From: Eledone cirrhosa
Taxonomy: Eukaryota
Length of the DNA: 64,000 nucleotides
Assembly (NCBI GenBank): GCA_964016885.1
Contig: OZ024745.1
Coordinates: 90,768,001 to 90,832,000 of the forward strand
Reading direction: 5' to 3'
The position numbers and the translations under genes are program-made. The notes beneath the pieces are model-generated. The model searched no databases, was not told the origin of the DNA, and was given only the letters and a program-made list of their open reading frames with translations. Below are positions 12,430-26,289 of this stretch, piece after piece. Position 1 is the stretch's first letter. Every line of letters begins with the position of its first letter.

Positions 12430-12730
12430 TACACAATCAGTTTACAGTGTGGACTGGATGTTTTTATCATGACACCTACACAGTCACTTTACAATGATGG
12501 CTGGACACTTTTATCATGACACCTACACAGTCACTTTACAATGATGGCTGGACACTTTTGGTTGTGTCACCTACGGGACCACTTTACAGTGTGGACTGGG
12601 TGCATTTTGTTGTGTCACTTACACGACCACTTTACAGTGTGGACTGGGTGCATTTTGTTGTGTCACTTACACAAGCACTTTACAGTGTCGGCTAGGTGCT
12701 TTTTGTTGTATCACCTACACAACTACTTTA
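12430..12730 (-). repeat. Minisatellite (about 45-50 bp unit) inside a bipartite RTE-derived element
   Basis: Repeated CACCTACACGACCACTTTACAGTGTGGACTGGGTGCATTTT, the reverse complement of an RTE 5'UTR motif. Confidence 0.8.
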
Positions 12731-12739
12731 TAGTTTATA

Positions 12740-12888
12740 CTAGCAGAATGGCCCGGCGTTGCTCGGGATTTGCTCTAGGGTTCTTATATATTTGATATAT
12801 ATTTATCCTTATCGAGCCTCATGAAATAAATACGTTTGTTTATATTTTGTTATTATGTATGCAAAAATATCTGTACACGAATATATAA
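12740..12888 (-). mobile_element. Helitron 3' end fragment
   Basis: Minus strand CCCGAGCAACGCCGGG hairpin then CCATTCTG-CTAG followed by T; the adjacent body matches 16920-16980 and 52275-52325. Confidence 0.7.
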
Positions 12889-12889
12889 T

Positions 12890-15800
12890 TCATCATCATC
12901 ATCATCATCATTTTACGTCCGCTTTTCCCTGCTTGCAAGGGTGGGACGGGTCTTATTCAGCACAGCATCTCTCCACTTGTTACGGTCCTTCGTCATCTCC
13001 ACCGTGACCGTCAGCGATCTGAGGTCTGTTCTCACCACCTCCGCCCATGTTTTTCGTGGTCTACCTCTACCACGTCTTCCTTTAACTGGCATTTCCTGGC
13101 ACTTCTTCACCCATCGGTCATCCTCCATGCGCATCACATGTCCATACCACCGCAGTCTCCTCTCTCGCACACTACATTCTATCCCTCTCAGACACAGTTT
13201 CTCTGTCAACACATCCATGCTGGGTCGTTCACGCACATTGACATTGCACATCCAACGGGGCATTCTTGCCTCATTTCTCTCCTGCCATCGCATATCCTCT
13301 GCAGTTGCTGCCCAAGTCTCACTACCATGCAGCATCGCGCTCCTCACACAGGCACCATATAACCAGCCTTTCGTACGCAGGGAGAAACCCTTCTTCGTCA
13401 GCAGAGGAAGCAGCTCCCTAAACTTCTTCCAACCCGTCCTTATTCTAGATACTATGACCTCGGAACACCCCCTCCCATGCTAATCTGATATCCTAGGTAC
13501 CGGAAGCTATCCACCACTTCTATAGCACCCGCCTGGATTTTAAAAATGTGTCTATCAATGCGACTTCTACTGTCTAATTCCCCTGTACATCTACTGCATA
13601 CATATTTCTCCCTACATGTTAGTTTGCCTGCTATGCCACTACATCTCTCGTGTACCCAGGATCTGCATTGTGTGCATTTTATAGAATTTATGCCAGTTCC
13701 TTTTCTGCATATCGAACATGGCCATTTCCCTGATGGAATCAGAGTTTTGTCCTCTTTTCTACTCATCAACACTTTTGTCTTAGCTGGGTTCATTCTCAGT
13801 CCTCTTGCTTCCAACTGCTGTTTCCATAGCCAGAACTTATTCTCTAGCTCCTCTACTGATTCTGCTATAAGAACCAGATCGTCAGCATAGAGAAGTTCCC
13901 ATGGACAGCCAGTCTTAAACTCCTCTGTTATGGCTTGGAGGACTATAATGAACAAGAGCGGGCTGAGGACCGAACCTTGATGTACTCCTACTTGTATCTG
14001 GAATTCCTCACTAAACTTCATTCCTACCCTGACTTTACTGACAGCACCTCTCTACAAAGTTTGCACTGTCCTCACAAGCCATTCCTCAACATGTAGTTTC
14101 AATAGGGACCACCAGATGACAGATCGGGGTACCCTATCAAAGGCCTTCTCTAGGTCAACAAAAGCTAAGTATAGTGGCTTATTCTTCTCTAAGAACCTCT
14201 CTTGCATTTGTCTCACCAAGAAGAGGGCATCTGTTGTACTTTTCCCAGGCACAAAACCAAACTGCATCTCATCTAGTTTGACCCTTTCTCTAATTAGTTG
14301 TGCTACTATCCTTTCTGCCACTTTCATAACCTGATCCATCAGTTTTATACTCCTATAATTGCTCCTCTCCAGAGCATCTCCTTTACCTTTGTAGCAATTT
14401 ATGAGAATACTGCTGCACCAGTCTTTGGGTATGACACCACCATATATAGTCTGATTGATGATGCGTGCAACCAGTTTAATGCCTACGTCCCCTGATGCCT
14501 TCAGCATCTCAGCAACTATCCCCGACAGTCCAGCAGCCTTACCATTTTTCATTTTCTTAATCGCCTCTTGGACCCTATATTCGTCAATCTCAATAGCTGG
14601 TCCCTCTGTCGGATCTACTGAGGGTAATTTCTCTCTCTCCCATTCGTTCTCCACATTCATCAGTCTCTCATAATGACATTTCCAGGCTTCCTTTTTCTGA
14701 TCATTTGTGACACATTTATCTCCAACAACATCCTGATTTGCATTGACACAATGCCTTGCAATGTGGAACACCGCACACCTCTGATCTTCCCATCACAGAA
14801 CATTGGCAAACCTCCTACTCTCAGCCTCCCTGCGTGCTAAGTACACCTGACGTCTAGCTTCTTTCTTAGCGGCTGCATATCCTTCTCTACTCCCACCCTT
14901 TTTCCAAGCCTTCCATGCTAGTCTTTTGTCTCTAATGGTCCTATCTACTGTGCTGTTCACCCACCAGGTCACTGTCTGGTTGGAGCTCTGCTCCAGCCAC
15001 AAGTTTCATCAGTAGCCTGCAGTAAGTTGTCACATAAGAAATTCCAGTTATTATCTATGTCATACGACTCTAAATCGTCTTCTTTTTCGTCACATACATC
15101 TTGAAGGGCTTTCCTAAATTTGTATTTTAGTGAAAGGTCTTTTAGCTTCCAGACCTTTCTTCTCCACACCTTCCTGTATGTCTCATTCCATCTCTTGCTT
15201 ACTGGGATATCACTAACGACTAACCTATGCTGTGGGGTACATTCTTCCCCAGGGTATGCCTTGATATTTGAGACCCTCTGCTTGTCCTGCTGCCTAACTA
15301 GTAAGAAGTCAATCTGGCTTATGTGCTCGCCTGATTTGTAGGTTATTAGGTGGTTATTATCAGGTTTCTGGAAGTTAGTGTACTTGCATCACAAAATTCA
15401 AGAAGTCTCATTCCTTCTTCATTTCTTGAGCCATAACCATACCCACCATGTACCCCAGTGTAACCATCCTGGAGCTGTCCAACATGACCATTGAAGTCCC
15501 CTGCTAGCATAACGATGTCTCTGTCCTCTGTCATTGCGGCTGTTTGTAAAAGTTGGTCATAAAAGCAGTTCTTCTCTTTACCTATGCCTGCTTGGGCAGC
15601 ATAGGCAGAGATGATTGTCAGTAGTCTCCTGCCTACAACTAATCTAAGCTTAATTATTCGATTATTAACTCGAACTACCTCTATTGTCTCAGCCAGGAAA
15701 ATTCCTACTCCCCCTGACACATCATCCTTAGCTACCCAGAAAAGCTTATAACTAAGATGTTTGCCTGCGATTAGTCTCGCAGAGGCACCTTTCCATCTCA

Positions 15801-16112
15801 CCTCTTGCACGCAGCACACATCCCTTCTCTCCAGCATCTCCGCTATTTCACCAGATCTACCTGTGAGAGTGCCAACATTAAGTGTTGCAACTCTGAGATG
15901 CGACGTCTTCATATTTTTGTTGTTCCTATATATATTTGTTGCTGTGCTCATAATTGTTTTGGCATTGATACACTGGTTGGATGCCCTTCCTAACACCAGT
16001 ACCACTTTACAGCATGGACTGGGTGTTTTTATTCGTGCGACCAGCACTATAGAGGATGTCTCATTGGACTCATGGGCCCTCTCTACCCCTCCATTTTACA
16101 GCATGGTCATAA
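12890..16112 (-). mobile_element. Near-full-length RTE LINE (APE endonuclease + RT), inactivated
   Basis: APE motifs ATLNVGTL, CVQEVRW, GDFNGHVG; RT motifs AFVDLEKAFD, GVHQGSVLSPLLF, LLYADD; (GAT)n tail at 12890-12911; multiple frameshifts. Confidence 0.95.
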
Positions 16113-16899
16113 CGAAAAAAAAAACGAAAAAAAACACCTCTTATTGACACTCACGGCACACACTCACTTACACACTAACACTCATGCATACAAACACACA
16201 CACACCACTCACACACACATACATATATTACCGTCAGTACTGATACAAGATCATGTCAACTGTTGACTTTTACAGTTCAGTATTTTTATAATAATAATAA
16301 TAATAGTTTGCTTTACAGCATAGAGCAACGGCCCTCCATGCTCCAAAACAAGGCACCAGCAATGTGCTGGGACAATCGCTGCCCCGTGCCAAGAACAGAA
16401 TAGTTATTACTATTATTATAGTTGTTTTCTTCTTCTTAAGGCCTGATCGCTGGTGATGGTGATGGATGGTGTTCATCATCATCATCAACGTTTAACGTCC
16501 GCGTTCCACGCTTGCATGGGTTTGGACGGGGGTAGTCCCACTTGAGGCAAGAGTGATTGTCTTGCTCGCATAGGACTGTCTGGCAGGTTTTCTACAGTTG
16601 GATGCCCTTATTCATCACAATCTTTTCAAAGGAATTTAAATTGAACCTCACTTGTTTGATCCAGTTGATCCTGAAGTATTTAGTCTTCAGTTTTTTTTTT
16701 CATAATCCTGGTGATTCATACACAAGGGTTGGCTGAAAAGTTCATAGGCTGACCAAGATACTCTCATGGAATGACTATATATATAACTGTACAGAGAAGT
16801 ACGGAATACCTCGGCCTCGGGATGGTGTCTACATTTTGTCCTTATAAAAAAAATTTGTTGTACATAACCAGGGTTTTTTTCCGTGCGAAGAAAATCAAT

Positions 16900-17540
16900 A
16901 CTTTATCGCAAACTAAATACTTTTGTTTATATTTTGTTATTGTTGTGTATGCACAAATATCTGTACACGAATATATAATTATATATATATATATATTAAA
17001 ATAACAGATTAAAGTTTAAGCAAAGAATTGCTGCTTTCATTCTTAACGGGATCTTCTGAAACTAAAATTTAAAAAATCAATCTGTGAACGCAGATGTAAA
17101 TATTTCGAAAAACGTTGCTACCGAAGGAAAACAGGAAGACGATACTTTGGTTCGTGAAGATGTTCCCTGGCATAAGAATATATATATATAGACACACACA
17201 CACTATATATACATATATACACACACACACTGATCGCGTCATAATGAGGAAATGCAGACAGTCAGGCATACCGACAGATATTATAAGGGTGCGACGTCAT
17301 ATCTCTGTATCTATCTAAAAAGAGAAAGACTAAGAGAGAGAGAGATAAAAAGAGATCGCTAAATTGCCTAATGCGGTCACTAGTGCAGTGAAAATTTGAA
17401 TTTTTTTTTTTTTTGCTCAGAACACTCAATCGGACCATAAGTATTACATGTGTAAAGTTTGAATACAATCGGTTGGGTGGTTATCGAGTTTTAGTGATTG
17501 TACAGACAAACAGACATTCTCTGTTTTAGTAATATAAATA
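16900..17540 (-). mobile_element. Non-autonomous Helitron fragment
   Basis: 17355-17480 is the reverse complement of the body of the 21354 Helitron; 16995-17170 matches 31960-32130 and 52100-52270 inverted. Confidence 0.6.
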
Positions 17541-17871
17541 TATAAACTGCACCTCTTCATACCTATTCCACATTTAAGTATACTGAGCAATTAAAAGTTT
17601 TGCAACTAATGACAAATTACAAAATACTAATATTTCAGTCAGTAATATAGCCCCCTTACTAATTTAACTAAATACAGTGTAATTTCTTATATCATCACTG
17701 TTGTAAATTTATGACTTCTTATCTAAAAGGATTCTACCAGTGAAGTTAAGGTGCTAATCTACTATCTAAATGATCATGACTATAAAAAAAATATGCCTTG
17801 TGGTCTCCAATTCTGTTTGCTTTATTTACAATTGGTTAGAAGTATAAGGAGCATCCAGCTATAACATGACT

Positions 17872-18156
17872 TACACTTGAGACCAAATAATAGGGGTTGG
17901 CTGGATAAGTGGAGAAAGGGGTGTGTGGAAAATCGGTAATTTTTCTAGGTTGTCTCCCTTGTTATTTTTAAACCCCAGAATTAGTTGTTTAGTTTACATA
18001 TTGAAACCCCAACCCATCCTATTTATTTTATGACATGGGATTTCTAGCAGTGAACTTTTTTTTTTTGTTCTGAATGTTTTTTAATGTAAAAAGAAAATTG
18101 TCGCCAGAGACAGGTTAGCAAAATTCAATTGGGGGCGTTATTCAAGACGTGAGAGC
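17872..18156. mobile_element. Tc1/pogo-like MITE (decayed)
   Basis: Homologous to 57736-58057, whose right end TTATTCGAGACCTGAGAGTA is complementary to a decayed left TIR; TIR fragment also at 19070. Confidence 0.55.
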
Positions 18157-18272
18157 TCAAACAAGATTTTTTTTTTTTTTTTAAATATAGAAAATCCATC
18201 CTGCTCATGCAAGCTGAGAAAACAGGATGTCATAAAAAAGGATAGGTGGGCAAAAAGGTCAAGGAAAAATAA

Positions 18273-18303
<31 letters not shown>

Positions 18304-18310
<7 letters not shown>

Positions 18311-18842
18311 ATACTTTGGGAGGGTCATGTTGCCAATAAGAAACACACGCACCAGTTGCTTTCACTTCAATTTAATTTAATATATATTTATAAATTTACA
18401 AATTTATAAATTTCTGGTTGGTTGGTTGGTATAAAAAAATAAAAAAAAAAATAGAAAAATGAACACAAACACACACAGACACCCGGATGTGGCGCATGCG
18501 CAAACTGAGCACGCAACCCACACACAAACAAAATGGCGTAGGATAGAAGAAAGGAAAGGCACAGAAACGAAGAAAGAAATCCCCAGTCACTGAAGAGGTC
18601 ACAGAGTGTGTGACGAAAGAACTATGACTATATATATATAAACAACTATCTGGTTGTGGAACCAACCAACCAACCAGAAATTTATAAATTTGTAAATTTA
18701 TAAATATATATTAAATTAAATTGAAGTGAAAGCAACTGGTGCGTGTGTTTCTTATTGGCAACATGACCCTCCCAAAGTATAACAATATCGGTTTCAACAC
18801 ACGATTTCAGATAAAGAATCTTGCTAAACAAATTCAGAAACG

Positions 18843-18846
<4 letters not shown>
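18304..18846 (+). mobile_element. PLE pLTR remnant with 5' inversion and hammerhead
   Basis: About 127-bp inverted arms 18304-18431/18661-18788; (TA)n on both sides; same family as 26290-26875. Confidence 0.85.
18585..18629 (+). ncRNA. Minimal type-I hammerhead ribozyme
   Basis: AGUCA-CUGAAGA-G-GUCACA-GAGUG-UGUGAC-GAAAG-AA-CU-A-UGACU: 5-bp stem I, 6-bp stem II, 2-bp stem III, one extra nucleotide after the core. Confidence 0.8.
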
Positions 18847-18879
<33 letters not shown>

Positions 18880-19136
18880 CAAATATGACCAGAGGCAAAT
18901 TAACAACAAGATTAGCAAGATACTGTCAGATTAAATAAGATGAAGTCAGCTGCAGAAGATTTGAGTGCAGACAAGTCACAACTTTCACTGTTGGATTAGT
19001 GAAAATCTTAAGACTTCAACTGATGTTTCTTTCTTTCTCTTCATACAATAATATGAATTGTTCATAACTTACTCTCGGGTCTCAAATAGTCGTCCCAAAC
19101 TTTACAACAACAAATGGTGGGATTCTACTAAGATAG

Positions 19137-19252
19137 TTAACCCTCTGGACAATCCAGGCATATTAAGTAGCTGATAGAGTAACCTCCCCTTAATGCATAA
19201 TACAGTATCAAGGGAAGCAATTCATAAAAATTTCTAGCATGTTAAAGATTAA
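19137..19252. mobile_element. Short piggyBac-like MITE family (TTAA-bounded)
   Basis: TTAACCCTCTG...TAAAGATTAA; homologues at about 41490-41600 (inverted) and 51384-51492. Confidence 0.6.
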
Positions 19253-20293
19253 ACTAATAAACATCTATGTTGTTGTGGTGTAGTGAGGTTAGTTATCTAG
19301 GATTATAACATGTTCTTATAAAGCTTCAATACTCTGCCACTATTATGAGTATTTTCTGTGCTCTACATAGCATGTAAACAACAGCAGAGTCACAAAGCAT
19401 TAAGCATGATTTTGTCTTGTAATATATTCATACTGGCAGGCAAGGGGTGACAAATAAACACTGACTTTGACTTTTGTCTAGAAGTCCTACTATAATCTAC
19501 GGCAATGTGGCACAAACAGATCCAAACACCCAGTCTTTGTTGATCTTAAAGTGCTAATGATAATGATAATAATAATAATAATAATAATAATGTTTTCTTT
19601 ATTAACCACAAGGGTTTGCATAAAGTAGACATTAAGGACAGTACAGGACAATACAGGACGGTACAAATGGGCATTTCTGCGTGTAAAAAAAACAGAGGAT
19701 GTAATAAAATAACAAAGAAAAATAATAATAATAATAATAATGGTTTCTGATTTAGGCACAAGGCCAGCAATTGGGGGGAGGGAATCGATTAGATTGACTC
19801 CAGTGCATTACTTGTACTTTATTTTATAAGGCCATAAGGATGAAAGGCAAAGCTAGCCTCGGCAGGATTTGAACTCAGAACATAAAGGGCCATAACTCTA
19901 TGCGACAAAGCATGTTGTCCAACGCTCTACCGATACTGCCAATCCACCACCCTAGTGCTAATAATAACAATAATAATAATAAAAATTGAAGTATGACAAA
20001 CACAAGGAAGTAGAACAGTCAGGTATGGTTGGATAGGCCACAGTAATGTAGGAGGAAGATATATATATTTTTTTTTATTATTTACTAACTTCTTTCTAAC
20101 ACTCCCCAAGTGATAACTAAGCCTACCAATTCCAGTTAGTAGAATTTCTCAAATAATCCTTTCATTTTCAGCAGCTGTAACACATTGACTTTCCAGGCTT
20201 TTTTTCTTTTTGCATATCCTAAATAAATCTGTTTGTTTACAGCTCCTCTAACACTAGTTGTCAGAATAGAAATGAAAACTTCATATTTTGCAT

Positions 20294-20331
<38 letters not shown>

Positions 20332-20492
20332 TCACTAGTAATCTAAACTTCTTGAAGAAAACATTACAAATAACAGAGGGTTTACAAAGAATACCAGACA
20401 AAGACGTTTTTTTAACAATAGAACTATGCCTAGTTCATGTGTTAGCCTGAAATAAAAGAGGAAAGAAATAAAATTAAAACTTTATCAACTTA

Positions 20493-20591
<99 letters not shown>

Positions 20592-20639
20592 TTATAAAAA
20601 GGTAATGATTGTGTTTTACTTTCATAAGCAATCCTAACA

Positions 20640-21100
20640 TGGATGAACCCAGATTCTGTTCTTCCAAGACTTCACTCAACACATGAAGCATATATTGGAA
20701 TGAAGGGAAGAGTTGCTGAAACTGAAGAGAAAGGTATATGCTGCATGTGTAAGAAGTGTCATGATTTATAGGAGCGAGACATGGGTCAATGAATATAGAG
20801 CAGCAGAGAAGGCCAGAAAGAACTGAAATGAGAATATTCTGGTGGATGAATGGAGGATCACTGAGAGAGAGAAAGGAAGTCAAACAATGAATTGCAGAGG
20901 ATGATGGGAATAGAGCTAGTGATGGATGTTGTGAATAGAAATGGAATGAGATGGCTGGGTAATGTGTTGAGACAGATGACAGTGACTGGATGAGCGGAGT
21001 CATAGAATGAATGAGAAAGGAAGTAGAGGAAAAGACGAAAGAAGACTTGGTTGAAGATGGTGAGAGATGAAATGGACAAAAATCGAGAAACTTTCATAGA
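20640..21100 (+). mobile_element. Highly decayed RTE-like LINE 3' fragment
   Basis: Residual motifs (ERTEMRIFWWM; ...RGKDER/KTW-like) in a purine-rich stretch. Confidence 0.5.
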
Positions 21101-21353
21101 CCCCTTCAAACTAACAAGGAAATGGCCTTAAAATGCTTTTCATTGTATTGTCTGCAATACCAACAACTTCCAGATTCAAAATACTATTGTACCTCAATAT
21201 TTATTTCAGTTAGTGTCTAACAATGGTTGACTATAGACAATAATTGTTTCTACTTTTAGCACAAGGCCAGCAATTACCCCAGTTCATTACTGGTACTTTA
21301 TTCTATCGACCCCGTAAGAACAAAAGGCAAAGTTAACCTCGGGAAACTATCTA

Positions 21354-21796
21354 TCTATATAAAACTGAGTGTGTGAGTTTGAATCCCTAAAACTTGAGAA
21401 CCACCCAACCGACTATTTTCAAACTTTACACATATAATACTTATGTTTCAGGGAGTGTTCTGAGCAAAAAAAATTTCAAATTTTCCATGCCCTAGGAACC
21501 GCATTAGGCGATTTAGCGATTAAGGCTTTTTTGAGGCGTTACGTCTAGCCGATTTTCCCGAAATTTCAAGGCATATTATGCACATAAAAAAATTCATTTT
21601 CTTGATCCCCTAGGGCCCTCATTAGGTGAAAACCTGCATTTTTCCTGCTTCATCGAGGAAAATCTTAAAGATTATCCAGCCATCAGAGTATTTGGTTTAT
21701 TTTCTTTACATATTGTCCACACTTGCAGTTTTTCCACGTTTGGCAGCTCGCGTCCCACAATACCTTATCCCGTGTAACGCCGGGTACCACTGCTAG
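21354..21796 (+). mobile_element. Complete non-autonomous Helitron (about 440 bp)
   Basis: A|TC start, 3' hairpin CCCGTGTAACGCCGGG, terminal CTAG followed by T; no TSD. Confidence 0.8.
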
Positions 21797-22104
21797 TAGA
21801 CAATAATATAGAAATGTTTTCCTGCCATGGTACTTGTCTAGATTCAGATAACAGAAGAGAACTTTTATTGACTTTATTGACTTTAATCAAGTCAACCTCC
21901 TCAAAGGCTTCAAAAGTCACATGTAAATCATCATCATAATCATTACCGTTTAGCGCCCATTTTCCATGTTTGCATGTTGAGATACAAGTCTGGCCAGATT
22001 TAGCCGCGCCATACCTTACTCGGGCGATGACTATGAATTTGGTCAGGGATTTTACAGCTGGATGCCCTTCCTAACACCAACCACATGTACAGTGTAAATA
22101 TATA

Positions 22105-22487
22105 CATAGCTTAGTGGTTAGAGCATTGGCCTTGCAATCAAAAGGTTGTGAGTTCAATTCTCAGACCAGGTGATGTGGTGTTTCCTTGAGCAAGACACTT
22201 TATTTCACATTGCTCCAGTTTACTCAGCTGTAGAAATGAGATGATAGGACTGGGGTCCATATTATTCCACTGCAAAGTGGTCGTGGAGGTGCCACGACAA
22301 AAAAAAAGCACCTAACTCACACTGTAAAGTGGACGTGTAGGGGCCACGGCAAAAGAGCACCCACCACTCACTGTAAATGAGGTTGGTGTTAGGAGGGGCA
22401 TCCAGCTGTAGAAATCAAGCCAGAATCAGTTCCCGTCCCACTCTTAAAAGCAGGGAAAAGCGGACATAAAATGATGATGATGATGAT
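22105..22487 (+). mobile_element. SINE family A copy
   Basis: Same tRNA head, CORE-like body and RTE tail as 1815-2158, with one extra internal repeat unit. Confidence 0.85.
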
Positions 22488-23247
22488 ATATATATATACA
22501 TTCATAAGTATGAGAGTATATATGAGTTCAAATATATGTTTATGTGTTTGGGTATGAGTATACATATATGTACATGCACTGTTGTATGCATGTGTGCATA
22601 CAAATGCATACATATGTGCATGCATTTATATAATAAATTCTAATAGAGCAATTAGATGTTAAAAAGAAAAAGCTGTAAAACATTTACTTGTTTCAAATCC
22701 AGTGATTCTTTATGTTAGTAAAACATCTGCTAGTCTATGTGAGGAGTTTTTTCAAAACACTTTTTATGTGTGTATTTTTAGAATAGATTTCAGCTAATTA
22801 ACATCAAATGGATACTCAAAATTACGTCATATAACAGGTAAAATGTTATTTTGTAATGTGCCATGGATCAGAATGACAGCAGCCCATCTGAGGAAGGAGC
22901 CCAGCGAAGGTGGGGTGGCCATTGTCTGTGGAAAGGCTTTTGCCATTTTGTCCACAAGGCACAACCGAAACACCACTCTGACCTAGGTGTAGAGTCTTCC
23001 CCCTTTCTTTATTTCATTGTCTAATAGTCCTTGCTCTTTCCCTCCTTTTCCTCTCATTTATAGCATTTATAGTACTTTCCAATATAACTTTTTCTGTATG
23101 ACTCACAGAGAAGACAAAAGATGTGGAAAGATGCCATGCTGAGAAGGACCTGTCCAACCCAGGCATGCATAGAAAAGTGGACATAAAAACTATGATGATT
23201 ATGATATATGGATGATATAGGTATGTATATTCAAATGAGATACTCAC

Positions 23248-23446
23248 CTAACTTGACATCACCTTCCATTGTTAAGAGAACATTGCCAGCTTTCAAATCA
23301 CGATGAATGATATTGCTGTCGTGGAGGAAGACTAATGCTTTGCACATATAATGACAAACGTAGCGAATCTGGTTTTCTGTCAATGGTTTTTCCAAATCAA
23401 GCATGATAGAATCCAGAGCACCACCTCCACAGAATTCAATGAACAT
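23248..23446 (-). CDS. SLK: STE20-like kinase (SLK/STK10-type) internal exon, subdomains V-VII
   Basis: caatttccag|ATGTTCATTGAA...AAGTTAG|gtgagt; 199 nt encoding [66 protein letters not shown]; HRDLKAGN is typical of SLK/LOK. Confidence 0.93.
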
Positions 23447-23934
23447 CTGGAAATTGACAGAAAATAATTGTTGTATTTAACAGAAGTTCTGAAAATGTAC
23501 GTAAAATATCAAAAGATAAAAATCATTTATTTATGTCTTTGCCTAAAATACATGAGGAAAAAAAAATATATATTATTCTCAGTCAATGAATCTGTTTCAG
23601 AAGAGAAGCACTCATTCAAAAACATACTTTTTTTTTGGATGATTCACCTTGGATATTTAAAAAAGCATGGAATAAAAATAGAGCAGAAAAATTAGTTAAG
23701 AAAAGGAAAAAGAATAAACAGAAAAAGACATAGTGATGTTTTAAAAAAAAAAAACAGACAAAACTATTCAAAACTATTCTAGATTAAAAAAACAATATTC
23801 AGGATATTGAGGAAATCTACTGAGCAGAATTTGAACTCAGAACACAAAAAAGCTAAAACAAATGCCACAAGACATCTATCTGATGCTCAAACAATTCCAC
23901 CAACCCAATGCCTTCAACTAGTACTTTATTGCTG

Positions 23935-23967
<33 letters not shown>

Positions 23968-23970
<3 letters not shown>

Positions 23971-24100
23971 AAAAGAAATTGAAAATGCAACTGGAGTCTT
24001 TTAAGGATATTTATTTATTTACTTTACCAGTTTCAGTTCTTATACTTTTCAAAAGTAAAATTGAGATGGAGGGTTTGTGTTTCCGTTGTGGTTTGTCTTG
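23968..24100 (-). mobile_element. PLE pLTR remnant with decayed hammerhead
   Basis: Minus strand ACTT-TTGAAAA-GTATAAGAACT-GAAAC-TG-GTA-AAGT (24021-24056), between two (TA)n tracts. Confidence 0.5.
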
Positions 24101-24269
24101 CATATATATATATATATAAGCATCATCATCGTTTAACGTCCATAGTTCCACACTAACATGGATTAGACAAGTTGTCCTATTGTAAGAAATGACGGGTCAT
24201 GTGACCATGTCGTGTTCATACAGAACTGATTTTGGCTTGGTTTCTATAGTTGGATATCCTTCCTAACGC

Positions 24270-24702
24270 CAACCACATTTACAATGTGTACTGGATGCTT
24301 TTTGTCATGACACCTACACAACCACATTTACAGTGTGTACTGGATGCTTTTTGTCATGATACTTACACAACCACATTTACAGTATGTACTTGGTGCTTTT
24401 TGTCATGACACCTACACAACCACATTTAGAGTGTGTACTTGGTGCTTTTTGACATGACACCTACACAACCACATTTAGAGTGTGTACAGGGTGATTTTTG
24501 ACATGACACCTACACAACCACATTTACAGTGTGTACTGGGTTCTTTTTGTCATGACACCTACACAATCACATTTACAGTGTGTACTGGGTACTTTTTGTC
24601 ATGACACCTACACAACCACATTTAGAGTGTGTACTGGGTTCTTTTTGTCATGACACCTACACAATCACTTTGCTATGTGGGATGGGTGTTTTTTTGTCAT
24701 GA

Positions 24703-24706
<4 letters not shown>
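24270..24706 (-). repeat. About 49-bp minisatellite (about 9 units) inside a bipartite RTE-derived element
   Basis: Unit TTTTTGTCATGACACCTACACAACCACATTTACAGTGTGTACTGGATGC. Confidence 0.9.
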
Positions 24707-24777
<71 letters not shown>

Positions 24778-26289
24778 TCCCATTATCTTTAGTTCCATGT
24801 CTTATATACAAACATTTCTCGTAGCAGATTTAAACTTATGGAACATACAGTTTACATTGTTCAATGTTTCATAAGTGATTTCTGGATTATACTACTAGAA
24901 ACTAATGTAATAACAAACAGAAGAACAGATAAAGTTATCAACCTGATCACTCTTTATTACTCAGCTCTCAAAACTATAAACATAGAAATAATAGATTTAT
25001 TTTAATTAAAAGGGAAAAAAACACTAGATATGTTTAAAATATATGTTATCAATTAGATTAGGCAGAACGGCCATGAGCTTGGCGGGTTTCGCTTGGGTAT
25101 CCAGCCGGATCAGTTGGAAACAGTTGCTTCTGATAGGATCTGCTGGAAGGAGTGTTTGAGGACCTCTCAGGAATAAGCAGACGAAAAAGAACAAGGTATG
25201 GTAAAACCATAACTGATATAGAATATCAATGATTTATATAGAGAAATTATTCCATAAGTGTTATATAACTATAAACATATAAATAAATAAGCTAGTTTCC
25301 TTGCACTAAAGTCAAACATCTGATAGAGTTGATCCCTTCCCCTTCACCTGCACGAACGAGGGGGTGGGGGAAATTTCTACACAAGAAGAATTCACATGGC
25401 AATAAATAAATTCAACACTATATGGCAAAAAAAAGGAACTTAATATCAACTACATCTGCTAGAGTCACCTTTATTTTAAACTAACCAAATTTTCAGAGTG
25501 ATCTGTGTTTTACAAAAAAATAATTTTTACACACACAGAGAGTAATGTTGTTGTTTAAATTCATATCAACACTGGTTGAACAGACTTATTCTGAAAAGTA
25601 TTATAGCCATGAATGCTGTCATTTATTTGATCATAGTGTATGTATCATTGCTGCATGCATCATTGTTGAGTAGACACTTTCAGTTATGTAAGTAGTCAAT
25701 TGAAGAGTGATTAAAACAGCATTCTAACCACGACTATTCTGAATGTGTTGAGGGAGATTTAGCTAAGACATTGAGCAGGTCAAGTGACTACCCCAAACTT
25801 TTGTCAATGGTTTATCTACCATGGCCAAGTGGCTACCCGAAAGCTTTTTTTTTTATATAAATATTTGCAAGGGCCAATACTGACTGAAGAAAGATAAACT
25901 AGGAAACAATTTGTAAGTTATTTACAACTAATGTAGCATTTACAAAGGTTTTAAGCAAGATTTTCGTAACATCTAGTAATTATATAAAATACAAGTGACA
26001 CCGAAACTAGATAATTGAAGAATGGCCAAGTGAATATAGTATAATCTTAATTTCTCAGGAATCAAACTTATATTCTAAACCAAAGGTTCTCAAAGGGGAC
26101 ATATATACGCCCCCCCCCCTCCCTGGCGTTTCGGCCTTAGCATGTTGGTGGAGTACAGATGATTCTTTTCTATCTTGAAGCTCTCGCCAGTGTTCATTTA
26201 ATTGTTACTTTTAATTTTAATCATCTGTACTCCACCAACATGCTAAAATCGTTACATTTAATCATCTGTACTCCACCAACATACTAAAA

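Noticed and set aside
12836-13483. 215-aa plus-strand ORF (and similar at 32064-32804, 38927-39547, 58176-58688)
   Set aside because: Antisense shadow of the RTE ORF running into microsatellite; no independent evidence.
16648-16670. Possible minus-strand micro-exon (cag|19 nt|gtgag)
   Set aside because: Does not encode the expected MAPE continuation; likely chance splice-like words.
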